Below are positions 8,112 to 20,591 of a stretch of 64,000 nucleotides of DNA, piece after piece. A program made the position numbers and the translations under genes. The notes under the pieces are model-generated. The model searched no databases and was not told where the DNA came from. It saw only the letters and a program-made list of their open reading frames with translations. Source of the stretch: an uncultured Myxococcales bacterium. Its GTDB lineage: Bacteria > Myxococcota_A > Polyangia > Palsa-1104 > JAEUJZ01. The stretch is from the NCBI GenBank assembly GCA_964437195.1, contig CAYTGC010000001.1:9763-73762 (forward strand). Reading direction: 5' to 3'. Positions within the stretch are counted from its first letter, which is position 1. The number at the start of each line of letters is the position of its first letter.

Positions 8112-10670
8112 ATGCATGGTCCGCTCAAGCACATTCACAGACCGCAGCGAAGCTTCCGGGTTCCCAACCGAATTGGCGCAGCCCTCATCAGCCTGGCGCT
8201 GGGCGGCATTGGGCTTTGTGCCATCGGGTGCCAGGACGGTAACCCCCAGCCCGTGCATGTCAGAGACGGAACCGATGCCGTCGAGTTCGATCCGACGACC
8301 AATACGCTGCGGCTTCTTCACGGCGGTGAGACACTTCTGCGCTTCGACCTTGACGCATGGCAGATCGGCACCGTCGAAAAGCTCGATGACAAGTCGAGCT
8401 TCGATCCCTACTGGCTCGAATACGGTGACGACGTTCTGTCGGCGGCAGAGCCACCGGATCTCGTCTGGCATCGTGCGACAGGCATCTCGATAGCGGATGC
8501 ACGGTCCGAATCGCTCGATCTCAGCCTTCAACTCAGCGACGGACAGTCGGCGTCTTTGCGCGTGTTTCCGAGCGGCCCGGGACGATTCTCAGCGGTGCTC
8601 TTGCCGATGATTCGGGCCGAACGACCCGTGGCTTACATTCGCTTGCGTCCTCGCGTTGACCAAGGCGAAGCCTTCTACGGACTCGGCGGCTGGGCCGATG
8701 ACGTAAACCACCGCGGCAAAGTTCGGCCCATGCAGCAGGAAATCGACGTGCTCGAGTCCAAGAGCAACGAGATTCGCGTCCCGATCCCACTCCTCATCGG
8801 AACCCGTGGCTGGGGACTCTTTGTCGAAAGTCGTCGCCCTGGCGTCTTTGCCGTCGCAAACAAGCAGCCGGATCTGGTCGAAACCACGTTTGGTACCGGC
8901 GACGACAGCGCAAGCGGCCTGCGCTTCCACTTGCTGGCGGCAGCCGAGCCCATCGATGTGATGGGTCGGTACTATGCGATTGCGGGTGCGCCACTGCTGC
9001 CGGCGACATGGGCGCTCGGCCCGTGGATTTGGCGAAATGAAAACAAGAGCCAGGCTCAGCTCGAGGACGACCTAAAGAAGATCCGCGATCTCGACCTGGC
9101 GACGAGCGCGATTTGGATCGATCGCCCGTACGCGACGATGGTGAACAGCTTTGACTTTGACAAGGCACGATTCCCCGATCCGACGGCAATGATCGCAAAA
9201 GTTCATGCGGCGGGACTGCGACTCGCGCTGTGGCATGCGCCGTATCTAGAAAAAGGCAGCCCCGATCTTGCCGAAGCAAGACAGCGCGGTCTGTTTCCAC
9301 CATCGACAGGCGTGCTCCTCAACAACTGGAGTGAGCCGATCGACTTCACCAATCCCGTCGCCAAAAAGTTCTGGCAGGACAGAATCAATCGCTACATCGC
9401 GCAAGGCATCGAGGGGTTCAAGCTCGACTACGGCGAAGATGTGATGGTGGGGCTCGGCGCGGCGCGCTCGAACTGGCATTTTTCCGACGGAAGCGACGAA
9501 CGCACCATGCACCATACGTATCAGCTGCGCTACCACGAAGCGTATGCTGAACTTCTCTCGAAGACGGGCGGCTTTTTGCTGTGTCGGACCGGACGTTTCG
9601 GGGATCAGAAGAACGTGTCGGTGATCTGGCCCGGCGATATGGATGCCTCGTTCACGCGATATCGAGAGTCGCTCAAGGATCGCGACGGAAAAAGTGTCTT
9701 GGGCGTCGGAGGGCTGCCAGCAACGGTGGTCATGGGCATCAACTTGGGCGTCTCTGGCTTTCCCTTTTTCGGTGCCGACACCGGCGGTTTCCGTCACAGC
9801 CCGCCGGACAAAGAGCTATACATTCGCTGGTTCCAGCAGACAGCTCTGTCGTCGGTGATGCAAGTTGGGGACGCGACCAGTCAGACGCCGTGGGAGTTTA
9901 CCGCCGACAATGGCCGAGACGTGCAGACGCTGGACCTGTACAGGGAGTTTGCACGCCTACACCTGCGGCTGTTCCCGTATGAGTGGACGCTCGCACAGAC
10001 ACTTTTGCAGACAGGACGACCGATCCAGAGACCCGTCGGGCTGGCCTATCCCAGGCTGAGCAAGCATCCCAGCGACGAATACCTGTTTGGTGACGATTTG
10101 CTGGTGGCTCCGGTGGTGGCACGCGGCGCCCGCGCTCGCGAAGTCCTATTTCCCCCGGGCGATTGGGTTGATTTCTTCACCGGCCAGCTGTACCAAGGCC
10201 AAAGTGAGCGGTCTGTCAGCGTCGATGCGCCGCTCTCCAAGCTGCCGCTGTTTGTCCGGGCTGGCGCGCTCATCCCGATGCTTCATCCCGCGATCGATAC
10301 GCTGTCACCATCGACCGATCTCTCCGTCGAGTCGTTTGCACGCGACCCCGGCACGCTGCATGTCGTCGCAGTGCCTGGGCCACAGTCTAGCGCTTTCACT
10401 GTCTACGACGGCACGCGCATCGCACTTGACCCAACCGGTCAGCGCGTCGAAACCATGCCCGGTAGCACCTTTCGAAAAGGTTTTGTCGTCACGATCTATC
10501 CGCTGCCAGTGGAGCCCAAACAGGTCCTGAGTGGCAGCGAATCGCTTGCTCGAGCCGCGACGTCGCCGGATTTGGATCTGACCCCAAGCGGTTGGACTTG
10601 GTCCAAAGACCGAGGAGGAACGCTGACGGTGAAGCTTGCTCCGTTGCAGCCGGGCTTTGCCTGGAAGTAG
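8112..10670 (+). CDS. Glycoside hydrolase family 31 lipoprotein (alpha-glucosidase/alpha-xylosidase-like)
   Basis: Lipobox AIGC is present. GH31-like blocks are AIWIDRPY, GFKLDYGE, IWPGDMDASF and FGADTGGF. The track ORF opens at TTG 8100; the first ATG is at 8112. Confidence 0.75.
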   Translation: MHGPLKHIHRPQRSFRVPNRIGAALISLALGGIGLCAIGCQDGNPQPVHVRDGTDAVEFDPTTNTLRLLHGGETLLRFDLDAWQIGTVEKLDDKSSFDPYWLEYGDDVLSAAEPPDLVWHRATGISIADARSESLDLSLQLSDGQSASLRVFPSGPGRFSAVLLPMIRAERPVAYIRLRPRVDQGEAFYGLGGWADDVNHRGKVRPMQQEIDVLESKSNEIRVPIPLLIGTRGWGLFVESRRPGVFAVANKQPDLVETTFGTGDDSASGLRFHLLAAAEPIDVMGRYYAIAGAPLLPATWALGPWIWRNENKSQAQLEDDLKKIRDLDLATSAIWIDRPYATMVNSFDFDKARFPDPTAMIAKVHAAGLRLALWHAPYLEKGSPDLAEARQRGLFPPSTGVLLNNWSEPIDFTNPVAKKFWQDRINRYIAQGIEGFKLDYGEDVMVGLGAARSNWHFSDGSDERTMHHTYQLRYHEAYAELLSKTGGFLLCRTGRFGDQKNVSVIWPGDMDASFTRYRESLKDRDGKSVLGVGGLPATVVMGINLGVSGFPFFGADTGGFRHSPPDKELYIRWFQQTALSSVMQVGDATSQTPWEFTADNGRDVQTLDLYREFARLHLRLFPYEWTLAQTLLQTGRPIQRPVGLAYPRLSKHPSDEYLFGDDLLVAPVVARGARAREVLFPPGDWVDFFTGQLYQGQSERSVSVDAPLSKLPLFVRAGALIPMLHPAIDTLSPSTDLSVESFARDPGTLHVVAVPGPQSSAFTVYDGTRIALDPTGQRVETMPGSTFRKGFVVTIYPLPVEPKQVLSGSESLARAATSPDLDLTPSGWTWSKDRGGTLTVKLAPLQPGFAWK

Positions 10671-10706
10671 CGTCGGCGACAACGTCAATCGACAAGACGA
10701 TGAAGA

Positions 10707-12409
<1,703 letters not shown>

Positions 12410-12439
12410 AGCCAGCAATCGACGGCAAAGATTCAGTCT

Positions 12440-14002
12440 GTGACGCTTCTGTTTGTTTGTTTGTCGATCGCACTTTCGGCGGCGGTGTTCGTTGCGCTCC
12501 GAAAACAGCGCCTCGCCGAGTGGAACCGGCTCCAAGAAGAGACCAAGCTGCGCGCGGCGGAGCTGGTCGATGAAGCGCGGACCCAAGCGGACAAACAGCT
12601 CTCGCAGGCACGCGCCGACGCGGTCGAGCAAAAGCTTCGGCGCGTTCAACAAGCTGAGCGAGACTTTCAGCAGCGACGGGAAACGCTCAAGAGAGGCGCG
12701 CAGCAAGTTGCCGCGTGGGAACAGACCCTTCAGCGCACGGAGCAGATGCTGGAAACGCGAACTGCGGCGCTGAACGAACGGGAAAAAGCGCTGACACTGA
12801 CGCAAACCCGGCAGAAAGCGGCCCAAGAGCGACGCAGCCAACTTCTGCAGCAGTCGAGTGATGTGCTTCAGAAGCAAGCCGGCGAGACCTTTGCAGACGG
12901 GAAAGCTCGTCTGATCCTCGAATGGACCGAGCTGGCTCGAGCGGCGGGGGCCGATCGGGTTCGGCAGCTTGAGCAGACCCAAAACTCGCCGGAGACGGCG
13001 GGACGAGCCAAGCGACTGCTCGAGATCTCCAGCCAGCGTTACCAGGGTCACTACCTCACCGAGCGACTGCTATCGACGCTGCCAATCCCGACGGACATCC
13101 TGGACAAAGTGTTCGGCGATGGTGCCGATGTGATGACGGTGATCGGGGAAGTCGCCAACATCAAGCTGGCGATCAGCGATGATCGGACCTCGGTTCGGCT
13201 CGAAGGCCAGGACAGCTTCGGACGTGAAATAGCGCGACGGACTTTGGCTCGACTTATTAAGGTGGGGAACCGCGCCGAGCCTGAATCCGTGCGTCGCATT
13301 GCCACGGGCCTGTCCGAAGACCTCGATCGCGAAACCATCGAGCTGGGACGACGTGCGTTCAAGGAACTGGAAATCCCTCGCGCCCATCCGGATATTGTTC
13401 GGCTCGTCGGACGATTGAACTACCGTACGTCGTACAGTCAAAACCAGTGGAAACACGCCGTCGAGTCGGCCTTCCTGTGCGGCATGCTCGCGGCAGAACT
13501 GCGGCTGGATATGAAGATTGCGCGGCGAGCGGCACTGATGCACGACATTGGCAAGTCACTGACGCATGCCATCGATGGCAGCCATGCCGTCATCGGCGCG
13601 GATTACGCCCGTCGGCTTGGCGAAACCGAATTGGTTGCCAACGCCATCGGAGCCCATCACCTAGACGAGCCGTTCAACTCACCATTCGCACTCATTGTGG
13701 CCGCATCCGATGCGATGAGCGGTGGCCGCCCCGGGGCTCGGCATGAACAAGAAGGCAGCCACATTCAGCGAATCGACGATTTGGAACGGCTTGTCCACGG
13801 CGCATCTGGCGTGGATCGTTGCTATGCACTGCAAGCCGGTCGCGAGCTTCGCATCCACGTAAAAGAAGGTCAGGTCGACGATGTGCGGGCGGCGCAAATG
13901 GCGTCAGACCTCGCGCAGCGCATCAGCGATAACCTGGTATTCCCGGGCCAAATCAAAGTCACAGTAATCCGCGAACTCAACGTCGTCAGCGTAGCGAACT
14001 AG
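12440..14002 (+). CDS. rny: Ribonuclease Y
   Basis: GTG start and an N-terminal TM helix. The order is coiled-coil region, KH-like segment, then an HD domain (ALMHDIGK ... GAHH). Length 520 aa. Confidence 0.9.
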   Translation: MTLLFVCLSIALSAAVFVALRKQRLAEWNRLQEETKLRAAELVDEARTQADKQLSQARADAVEQKLRRVQQAERDFQQRRETLKRGAQQVAAWEQTLQRTEQMLETRTAALNEREKALTLTQTRQKAAQERRSQLLQQSSDVLQKQAGETFADGKARLILEWTELARAAGADRVRQLEQTQNSPETAGRAKRLLEISSQRYQGHYLTERLLSTLPIPTDILDKVFGDGADVMTVIGEVANIKLAISDDRTSVRLEGQDSFGREIARRTLARLIKVGNRAEPESVRRIATGLSEDLDRETIELGRRAFKELEIPRAHPDIVRLVGRLNYRTSYSQNQWKHAVESAFLCGMLAAELRLDMKIARRAALMHDIGKSLTHAIDGSHAVIGADYARRLGETELVANAIGAHHLDEPFNSPFALIVAASDAMSGGRPGARHEQEGSHIQRIDDLERLVHGASGVDRCYALQAGRELRIHVKEGQVDDVRAAQMASDLAQRISDNLVFPGQIKVTVIRELNVVSVAN

Positions 14003-14018
14003 CACTAGAATCGGTGCC

Positions 14019-15947
14019 GTGAGCGGGAACAGTGACGACGGCGACAAGCCGGACAAACCCCAAGACAGCCAGGACGAGATCGTCTCGCCGTCCCAGCCAG
14101 GGTATGTCCCGCGTTCATCGCCAGGCTTTCGTCGGCGAGGTTTGACGACGGGAGGATATCTTCCCGTCTCGGGACCGCGCAAGCTGCCCGTTTCTGGTCG
14201 CCCGGCCAGTGGCAAGCCAGCCGTGTCGCGACCGTCGACGGCGAAAAATGTCTCCCGACAACGACGCCGCAGTCGATTGGCCGAGTTGGCAGCCCTGCCC
14301 GCCAAGCTACCCGAAAAGATCGGCGAAGGACTGGAGCGAGGCATCAATGTCACCGCCAACGCCCTACGGGATCCCGTCGGAACAGTACAGCAAGCGGTCG
14401 CGGCTCTTCCGGTCCCCAAAGGTCTCGTGCTCGGTTGGGCGATTGCGATGCTTCTGCCGATCGCCCTTTACTTTGTCGATCTCGGGGCAGGTAGCCTGTC
14501 GGGGCTCGACGCGGAAGTTGCGCTGGTGGTGCGGAAGGTTCTGGCCGGGCAAATCCTTTGGAATGAAGCATTCCGCAGTGTGCCTCCACCGACGGGTGGA
14601 CCGATCGGCATCGTGCCATTTGTCGTACTGGGCAAGGTCTTCGGGATGAGCGAAGCGACGCTGAGACTGGTTCCCGTCTTGGCGGCCCTCGGCGCGGCAA
14701 GCTGCCTGTTGGCGATCGCGATAGACGTCGGTGTCGGACGAAACACGGGCGGACTCGCAGGTCTTTTGCTGCTGGCGATGCCACTAACCTATGAGCTGTC
14801 ACACCGTGTGCTGCCCGATATGCTGGTCGCCATCGCATCGTCGGGTGCAGTGGCACTGGTTAGCCACAGCCTGCACGGTCACAAGTTCGACCGACACATC
14901 CTGCCGATGCAAAAAGCCACCGAAGAGCCTGCCCCGTTGCCACTCCGACGGTTGCCGATGCTGTTTGCGGCGCTTGGAATCGGCGTCGCGGGTGTGCTCG
15001 ACGTTCGAGCGGGCCTGACCGCCTTGCTGTTTGGTTTTTTCGACTGCGTGATTTCACACCGCTACCTGCTGCGCAAGCGCCGAGTGTGGCTGATGTGGCT
15101 TGGCGGTTCGATCTTCCTTCTTGGAGCGTCGGCCATTCACGGTGGAGCGCTGCGCACGCTGTTTCATCGCCCTGCCCCTGGGATTTTCATGCAGGCGTTT
15201 GATGCCGTGTGGCGGCAAGGGCCGAGCTTTTATGGTCGCCATGTCGGCCAGGTCGTCGTCGTAACCACCTGTTTCGGCCTGTTGCTGGGCTCGATGCGGC
15301 GAGCGTCTCGACCGCTGCTGGTTTGGGTCATGCTGGCGACGTTGCTGACCTGGGTTGGCGGCGACATGGCACCGCCTCGCGGACTGGGTCTTGTGCTGCC
15401 GCCGCTGGCTCTCGCCGCTGCCGTTGGTCTTCAGTCGCCTGTGCGCTGGCTTGGCTCGCTTGGCGGACTCATTACCACTCTGGCTCTTGGCGGCGTGGTG
15501 CTGGCGCTTGTCGAAGGCGATCCGGTGCTGCATCAAAGTGACTCGATAAAGACGCTGGTGCAGTCACTTCGGCACGCACCACCGACGACACGATTCTGCG
15601 TGGTTGGCATGAGCGGCACAGTGCCTTCGTACTATCTGCACCGACAAATTGAACAGTTCGAGAGTGCCGAGGCGCTGAAACAATCGGTTGGCGACAAGGA
15701 GCTCTTTTCTTGCCTGGTCCCCCGTGAACTTCTCCCCGAGATGCAGAAGATATTGATTGTGGCACCGAGTCAGCCTGCGCCACCGAGCAAGCCGACGAAG
15801 CCAGACAAAGGCGGCAAACCGGCTGCGAAGGCCAGACCGACCGAGTCGACCAGTGATCCTATCGGGACAGTGCTACTGACAACCCTCGACGTCGAGGAAC
15901 CACCGCTCGACACCAAGGGCCCGCCACTCGTTCTCGTGTCTCGATAA
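14019..15947 (+). CDS. Polytopic membrane protein, ArnT/PMT (GT39/GT83)-like glycosyltransferase fold, with a basic disordered N-terminal extension
   Basis: The first ~130 aa are rich in Arg, Pro and Ser. More than 10 hydrophobic segments follow. The tail is Pro/Lys-rich. It resembles the second paralog at 35268-36917. Confidence 0.45.
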   Translation: MSGNSDDGDKPDKPQDSQDEIVSPSQPGYVPRSSPGFRRRGLTTGGYLPVSGPRKLPVSGRPASGKPAVSRPSTAKNVSRQRRRSRLAELAALPAKLPEKIGEGLERGINVTANALRDPVGTVQQAVAALPVPKGLVLGWAIAMLLPIALYFVDLGAGSLSGLDAEVALVVRKVLAGQILWNEAFRSVPPPTGGPIGIVPFVVLGKVFGMSEATLRLVPVLAALGAASCLLAIAIDVGVGRNTGGLAGLLLLAMPLTYELSHRVLPDMLVAIASSGAVALVSHSLHGHKFDRHILPMQKATEEPAPLPLRRLPMLFAALGIGVAGVLDVRAGLTALLFGFFDCVISHRYLLRKRRVWLMWLGGSIFLLGASAIHGGALRTLFHRPAPGIFMQAFDAVWRQGPSFYGRHVGQVVVVTTCFGLLLGSMRRASRPLLVWVMLATLLTWVGGDMAPPRGLGLVLPPLALAAAVGLQSPVRWLGSLGGLITTLALGGVVLALVEGDPVLHQSDSIKTLVQSLRHAPPTTRFCVVGMSGTVPSYYLHRQIEQFESAEALKQSVGDKELFSCLVPRELLPEMQKILIVAPSQPAPPSKPTKPDKGGKPAAKARPTESTSDPIGTVLLTTLDVEEPPLDTKGPPLVLVSR

Positions 15948-15986
15948 GTCCGCCGACCTTGGCAGAACCACAGCTGCGAACGTCGC

Positions 15987-16709
15987 TCAGTTTGTTTTCG
16001 CTGCCGACGTTCGCTCCGCTTCGCTCTTGGCTTCCGACGCCACGATCGAGGCATATCGGGGAAGAAGTGCGGCGCGGCGTAGCGATGCGAACGTCTCGGA
16101 AATCTGCCCGACCGTCGCCCGATTGACCATCCACGTGGGAATCTGACCGCCGGGGTCCATGTGTGCCTGAAACTCCACTTTGGTCCGAAGCGGACCCAGC
16201 GCCGACAAACGCCAACGCCCGCTGTTGTCCGCCATCGGGACCAGCGAGCTTTTGCGCGGCGTACAGCCCTGTGACCACATCCGCCACTCACTCACGAACT
16301 GATCGCCACGAGGCCGCGAAAAAACCACATTCATGCAGTAATAGCGACGAGAAACAACCGGAGGATCAATCTCGATGTAGTAGCTACGCGATCCGACCCC
16401 ATCGACAAGTCGCTTCGACACGGCCGTCGGCGGCATGATCTCGGCGTAAGAATCGATGTCTCCGAGAACTGCAAACAGCGCTTCCGCGGACACGTCGAAA
16501 ACCGCCTCACCCCGAACCTCGTTCACCGACGATGACGGGAATGGGCGAAACCACACCGACACACCACCTTTGTCTGAAGCAAAGCGCCATCCCGAATCGT
16601 TCGTCGTAGACACAGGCGGTGAAAAAATCGATGGCGCAGACTCTTCCGCATGCGCCACAGCGACGAGTCCCACTGATGCCACGAATATCGATGTGCGAGC
16701 CGAAGCCAT
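15987..16709 (-). CDS. Secreted START/SRPBCC-fold lipid-binding domain protein
   Basis: The Met at 16709 gives a signal peptide (MASARTSIFVASVGLVAVAHA). WRFASDKGGVSVWFRP...VRGEAVFDV...LGDIDSYAEIMP is a START-like pattern. Confidence 0.5.
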   Translation of the reverse strand: MASARTSIFVASVGLVAVAHAEESAPSIFSPPVSTTNDSGWRFASDKGGVSVWFRPFPSSSVNEVRGEAVFDVSAEALFAVLGDIDSYAEIMPPTAVSKRLVDGVGSRSYYIEIDPPVVSRRYYCMNVVFSRPRGDQFVSEWRMWSQGCTPRKSSLVPMADNSGRWRLSALGPLRTKVEFQAHMDPGGQIPTWMVNRATVGQISETFASLRRAALLPRYASIVASEAKSEAERTSAAKTN

Positions 16710-16910
16710 GATGGAATGCCCCGTTTGTGAAGTTATCGTAACCACTCGCGGAGGTTTCAGCCACAGAGCGGACATCGGCGAGCGACGTATGTCAAGACTG
16801 CCCTTGTGATTTTGTAGTTTTGTATACTCGTCGTGAATTTGGGTGCTCGCACGGCGGATGGTCCGCCGACATCGCCCAGACGGCACCCACGGCAAGCGCT
16901 TGGAGGAACC

Positions 16911-17387
16911 ATGAGTCGGGTCTCTCTGAAGGTGAACAACAAGCAGTTCGCGGTCGACGTCGAACCGCGCACGCTTCTCGTCGAGCTACTGCGCGACAAG
17001 CTGCAACTGACAGGAACCCATGTCGGCTGTGATACCAGCCACTGCGGGGCCTGTGTCGTGCATGTCGACGGAAAATCGGTCAAAAGCTGTACGATGCTCG
17101 CCGTCGAAGCGGATGGTCGCAGTGTCACCACCATCGAGGGACTCGCGCAGGGTGGCAAGCTCCACCCAATGCAGGAGTCGTTCCACAAACACCACGCCTT
17201 GCAGTGTGGTTTCTGCACCCCGGGCATGATCATGAGCGCCGTCGAGCTTGTCGAGAAACGCCCAACTGCCGATGAGCATGAGACGCGCGAGTGGCTCGAG
17301 GGCAACTTCTGTCGCTGCACCGGCTACCACAACATCGTCAAGGCCATCCTGTCCTGTCGGGATGCGATGCGGGAGAAGAGCGCATGA
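16911..17387 (+). CDS. coxS: Molybdo-flavoenzyme small subunit, two [2Fe-2S] clusters (CoxS-like)
   Basis: GGAGGA RBS. Motifs [12 protein letters not shown]...SC and QCGFCTPG...CRCTGY are present. ATGA overlap with the next gene. Confidence 0.9.
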   Translation: MSRVSLKVNNKQFAVDVEPRTLLVELLRDKLQLTGTHVGCDTSHCGACVVHVDGKSVKSCTMLAVEADGRSVTTIEGLAQGGKLHPMQESFHKHHALQCGFCTPGMIMSAVELVEKRPTADEHETREWLEGNFCRCTGYHNIVKAILSCRDAMREKSA

Positions 17388-19771
17388 GCACCACCTCACA
17401 GACTCAAGGTGCAGTTGGAGCAGCGATTCCTCGACGAGAGGATCGACGGTTTATCACCGGCGCGGGCCGCTATGTCGATGACATCGTGCTGCCCAGTCAA
17501 ACCCACGCCTATATCGTTCGCTCGCCGCACGCCCACGCCCAGATTCGCTCGATCTCGACGGAGGCAGCGCTGGCTTCGCCCGGGGTTGTGGCCGTTTTCA
17601 CGGGTCAAGATGTGGCGACGGACAAAGTCGGTGGAATTCCGTGTGGCTGGCTCGTCAAGAACAAGGACGGCTCGAACATGGTCGAGCCGCCACATCCGAT
17701 GCTGGTCGCAGATCGCGTTCGTCACGTCGGTGATCAAGTCGCTGTCGTGATTGCAGAAACCAAAGCCCAAGCCCGCGCTGCGGCCCAACTCGTCGAAGTC
17801 GACTACGATGTCCTTCCCGCGGTAGCGACGCTGCAAGACGCAACTTCCGATGGCTCTCCGACGGTATGGGATCAGGCCAAAGGCAACGTCTGCTTCGACT
17901 GGGACCTCGGGGACAAGGCTGCCGTCAAAGCGGCGATGAAGACGGCATACAAGGTCGTCGAGATTGAAGTCCGCAACAACCGACTGATTCCGAACGCGAT
18001 CGAGCCGCGCGCAGCCATCGGGCACTACGATGTCGCGGGCGATAGCTACACGCTTTACACGACCAGCCAGAATCCGCACCTCATTCGGTTGCTCCTCGGC
18101 GCGTTCGTGCTTGGCATTCCCGAACATCGACTGCGCGTCGTCGCTCCCGACGTTGGTGGTGGCTTTGGGTCGAAGATTTATCACTATGCCGAAGAGGCCA
18201 TCGTTGCGTGGGCAAGCAAGAAAATCGGCCGCCCCGTGAAGTGGACGGCGGAACGCTCCGAGTCGTTTATGTCCGACGCCCATGGCCGCGACACGGTGAT
18301 GAAGGCGCACCTGGCCGTCGACAAAGACGGCAAGTTCTTGGGACTGTGCGTTCACAACGTCGCCAACATGGGGGCATACCTCAGCACCTTTGCGCCGGCG
18401 ATTCCGACCTACCTTTCTGCGACGCTGATGGCTGGCTGCTACAGCACTCCGGCGATCTACGTCGAGGTCAAAGCTGTCTTTACCAACACCGTCCCCGTTG
18501 ATGCGTATCGCGGAGCTGGACGACCCGAATCGGCCTATCTTCTCGAAAGGCTCGTCGACAAAGCGGCTCGCGAGCTGGGAATCGACCGGCTGGAAATCCG
18601 TCGGCGCAACTTCATTCGCAAGGATCAGTTCCCGTACAAGACGCCGGTCGCTCTCGAGTACGACACCGGAGACTACAACGCCACGCTCGAAATGGCGCTC
18701 AAGGCGGTCGATTACCAAGGCTTTGCGGCACGCAGAGAGTCGTCCAAGCAGCGAGGCAAGCTGCGCGGAATCGGGTTTAGCACCTACGTCGAGGCGTGTG
18801 GCATTGCGCCGTCGGCTCTCGTCGGGCAACTTGGCGCACGAGCGGGTCTATACGAAGCAGCGACGGTACGCGTCCACCCGACCGGCTCTGTTTCGGTGTT
18901 CACGGGTACGCACAGCCATGGGCAAGGTCACGAAACGACCTTTGCGCAGCTCGTCGCCGATCACCTCGGCGTCCCATATGACAAAGTTGAGGTCGTCCAC
19001 GGTGACACCGATAAGATCCCGTTTGGGATGGGGACCTACGGTTCTCGCTCGCTGTCCGTCGGCGGATCAGCAATCGTCAAGGCGGTCGACAAGATCGTCG
19101 CCAAGGGCAAAAAGATCGCCGCACATTTGCTGGAAGCCAGCGAGGCTGACATCGAGTGGCGCCGAGGCGAGTTCCGGGTCGTTGGCACCAACCGCAAAAA
19201 GACCATCGGCGAAATCGCCTTTGCCGCCTATGTGCCGCACAACTACCCGATCGACAAGGTTGAGCCCGGCCTCGAAGAGTCCGCCTTCTACGACCCGAAG
19301 AACTTTACCTATCCAGCAGGCTGCCACGTCTGTGAGGTCGAGGTCGATCCCGACACAGGCGTTGTCCAAGTCGTCGAGATGGTGGCCGCCGATGATGTCG
19401 GTGTCATCATCAACCCGATGATCGTCGACGGGCAAATGCACGGCGGTCTGGTCCAAGGCATCGGCCAGGCACTCTACGAAGAGGCCCAATACGACGAAAG
19501 CGGGCAGCTCCTCACCGGGTCGTTTCTCAACTACGGCATGCCGCGTGCGTCGGACTTCCCGTACTTCAAAGTCGGAAACCACGTCACTGCCTGCACCCAC
19601 AATCCGATCGGAGCCAAAGGGGTCGGAGAGGTCGGCGCGATCGGCTGCCCACCAGCCGTCATCAACGCGATTCTCGACGCACTTGCCCCGCTTGGGGTGA
19701 CAGACATCTCGATGCCTGCGACGCCCGAAAAGGTCTGGCGCGCAATTGCTTCGGCGAAAGCCGCAACGTAA
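17384..19771 (+). CDS. coxL: Molybdopterin-binding large subunit, form-II CoxL-like (xanthine dehydrogenase family)
   Basis: ~795 aa from the ATG at 17384. The active-site loop reads [12 protein letters not shown], i.e. the AYRGAGR form-II signature rather than the form-I AYXCSFR. Confidence 0.85.
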   Translation: MSTTSQTQGAVGAAIPRREDRRFITGAGRYVDDIVLPSQTHAYIVRSPHAHAQIRSISTEAALASPGVVAVFTGQDVATDKVGGIPCGWLVKNKDGSNMVEPPHPMLVADRVRHVGDQVAVVIAETKAQARAAAQLVEVDYDVLPAVATLQDATSDGSPTVWDQAKGNVCFDWDLGDKAAVKAAMKTAYKVVEIEVRNNRLIPNAIEPRAAIGHYDVAGDSYTLYTTSQNPHLIRLLLGAFVLGIPEHRLRVVAPDVGGGFGSKIYHYAEEAIVAWASKKIGRPVKWTAERSESFMSDAHGRDTVMKAHLAVDKDGKFLGLCVHNVANMGAYLSTFAPAIPTYLSATLMAGCYSTPAIYVEVKAVFTNTVPVDAYRGAGRPESAYLLERLVDKAARELGIDRLEIRRRNFIRKDQFPYKTPVALEYDTGDYNATLEMALKAVDYQGFAARRESSKQRGKLRGIGFSTYVEACGIAPSALVGQLGARAGLYEAATVRVHPTGSVSVFTGTHSHGQGHETTFAQLVADHLGVPYDKVEVVHGDTDKIPFGMGTYGSRSLSVGGSAIVKAVDKIVAKGKKIAAHLLEASEADIEWRRGEFRVVGTNRKKTIGEIAFAAYVPHNYPIDKVEPGLEESAFYDPKNFTYPAGCHVCEVEVDPDTGVVQVVEMVAADDVGVIINPMIVDGQMHGGLVQGIGQALYEEAQYDESGQLLTGSFLNYGMPRASDFPYFKVGNHVTACTHNPIGAKGVGEVGAIGCPPAVINAILDALAPLGVTDISMPATPEKVWRAIASAKAAT

Positions 19772-19789
19772 GCGAGGAAGGAGCACGAC

Positions 19790-20590
19790 ATGCGCGATTT
19801 TCAGTTTCATCGTCCCTCCACCGTCGCTGAAGCCAAGAAGCTGCTCCAGTCGACGGAAGCTGGCAAGCTGCTCGGCGGCGGTCAGAGCTATTTGCCGGTG
19901 CTAAAGCTCGATATGGCTCAGCCAAGTGACCTCATTTCGCTGGCTGATGTCGCTGAGCTACGCGGCATCCGTAGCGATGGAAACCAAGTCACGATTGGGG
20001 CCTTTACAACCCATGCGGAGGTGTCCGCCTCGCCAGAAGTCCGGGCAAAAATTCCCGGCTTGGCTCGGCTTGCCGACGGCATTGGTGATCCGCAAGTTCG
20101 CAATCGCGGCACCCTGGGTGGATCGCTGGCCCATGCTGATCCTGCTGCCGACTATCCCGCAGCACTGTTGGCGCTCGGCGCAACGGTGCGGACTGACAAA
20201 CGAACCATCGCCGCCGACAGCTTCTTCACCGGCCTGTTCGAGACGGCGCTGGAGCCTGACGAGATCGTGATCAGCGTCAGCTTCCCGGTTCCACAGCGAG
20301 CTGCGTACGCCAAGTTTGCAAGCCATGCTTCTCGCTACGCCGTCGTTGGTGTGATGGTGGCGCAGTTCGCAGGTGGGGTTCGCGTCGGCATCACCGGTGC
20401 TGGTCCGTCGGCGTTCCGCTGGAGCGCTGCCGAGTCTGCACTTTCGGCTCGGTTTGCGCCCGAATCCATCGCGGGCCTTTCCTATCCTGGAGACGATCTG
20501 ACCTCGACGCCGGAGGCCAGTGGGGAATATCGCGCCCACCTGATCCCCGTCATGACCCGCCGCGCAGTTGCGGCTGCACTCGGCGGCTAG
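19790..20590 (+). CDS. coxM: FAD-binding medium subunit (CoxM-like)
   Basis: [13 protein letters not shown] and [12 protein letters not shown] motifs. 266 aa. Follows coxL. Confidence 0.85.
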   Translation: MRDFQFHRPSTVAEAKKLLQSTEAGKLLGGGQSYLPVLKLDMAQPSDLISLADVAELRGIRSDGNQVTIGAFTTHAEVSASPEVRAKIPGLARLADGIGDPQVRNRGTLGGSLAHADPAADYPAALLALGATVRTDKRTIAADSFFTGLFETALEPDEIVISVSFPVPQRAAYAKFASHASRYAVVGVMVAQFAGGVRVGITGAGPSAFRWSAAESALSARFAPESIAGLSYPGDDLTSTPEASGEYRAHLIPVMTRRAVAAALGG

Positions 20591-20591
20591 G

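Noticed and set aside
16852-16868. Perfect 7-bp stem hairpin CGGCGGA-tgg-TCCGCCG upstream of coxS as a regulatory element
   Set aside because: It is short and GC-rich, of a kind expected by chance in this genome. It has no flanking U-tract or second copy, so the evidence is insufficient.
17396-18829. 477-aa minus-strand ORF antisense to coxL
   Set aside because: It lies entirely inside a strongly supported CDS. Its product is Arg/Gly/Asp-rich with no motifs, which is typical of shadow ORFs in GC-rich coding DNA. The same applies to 3440..4459(-), 31469..32503(-), 12335..13051(-), 39154..39927(-), 42527..43315(-) and 52985..53701(-).
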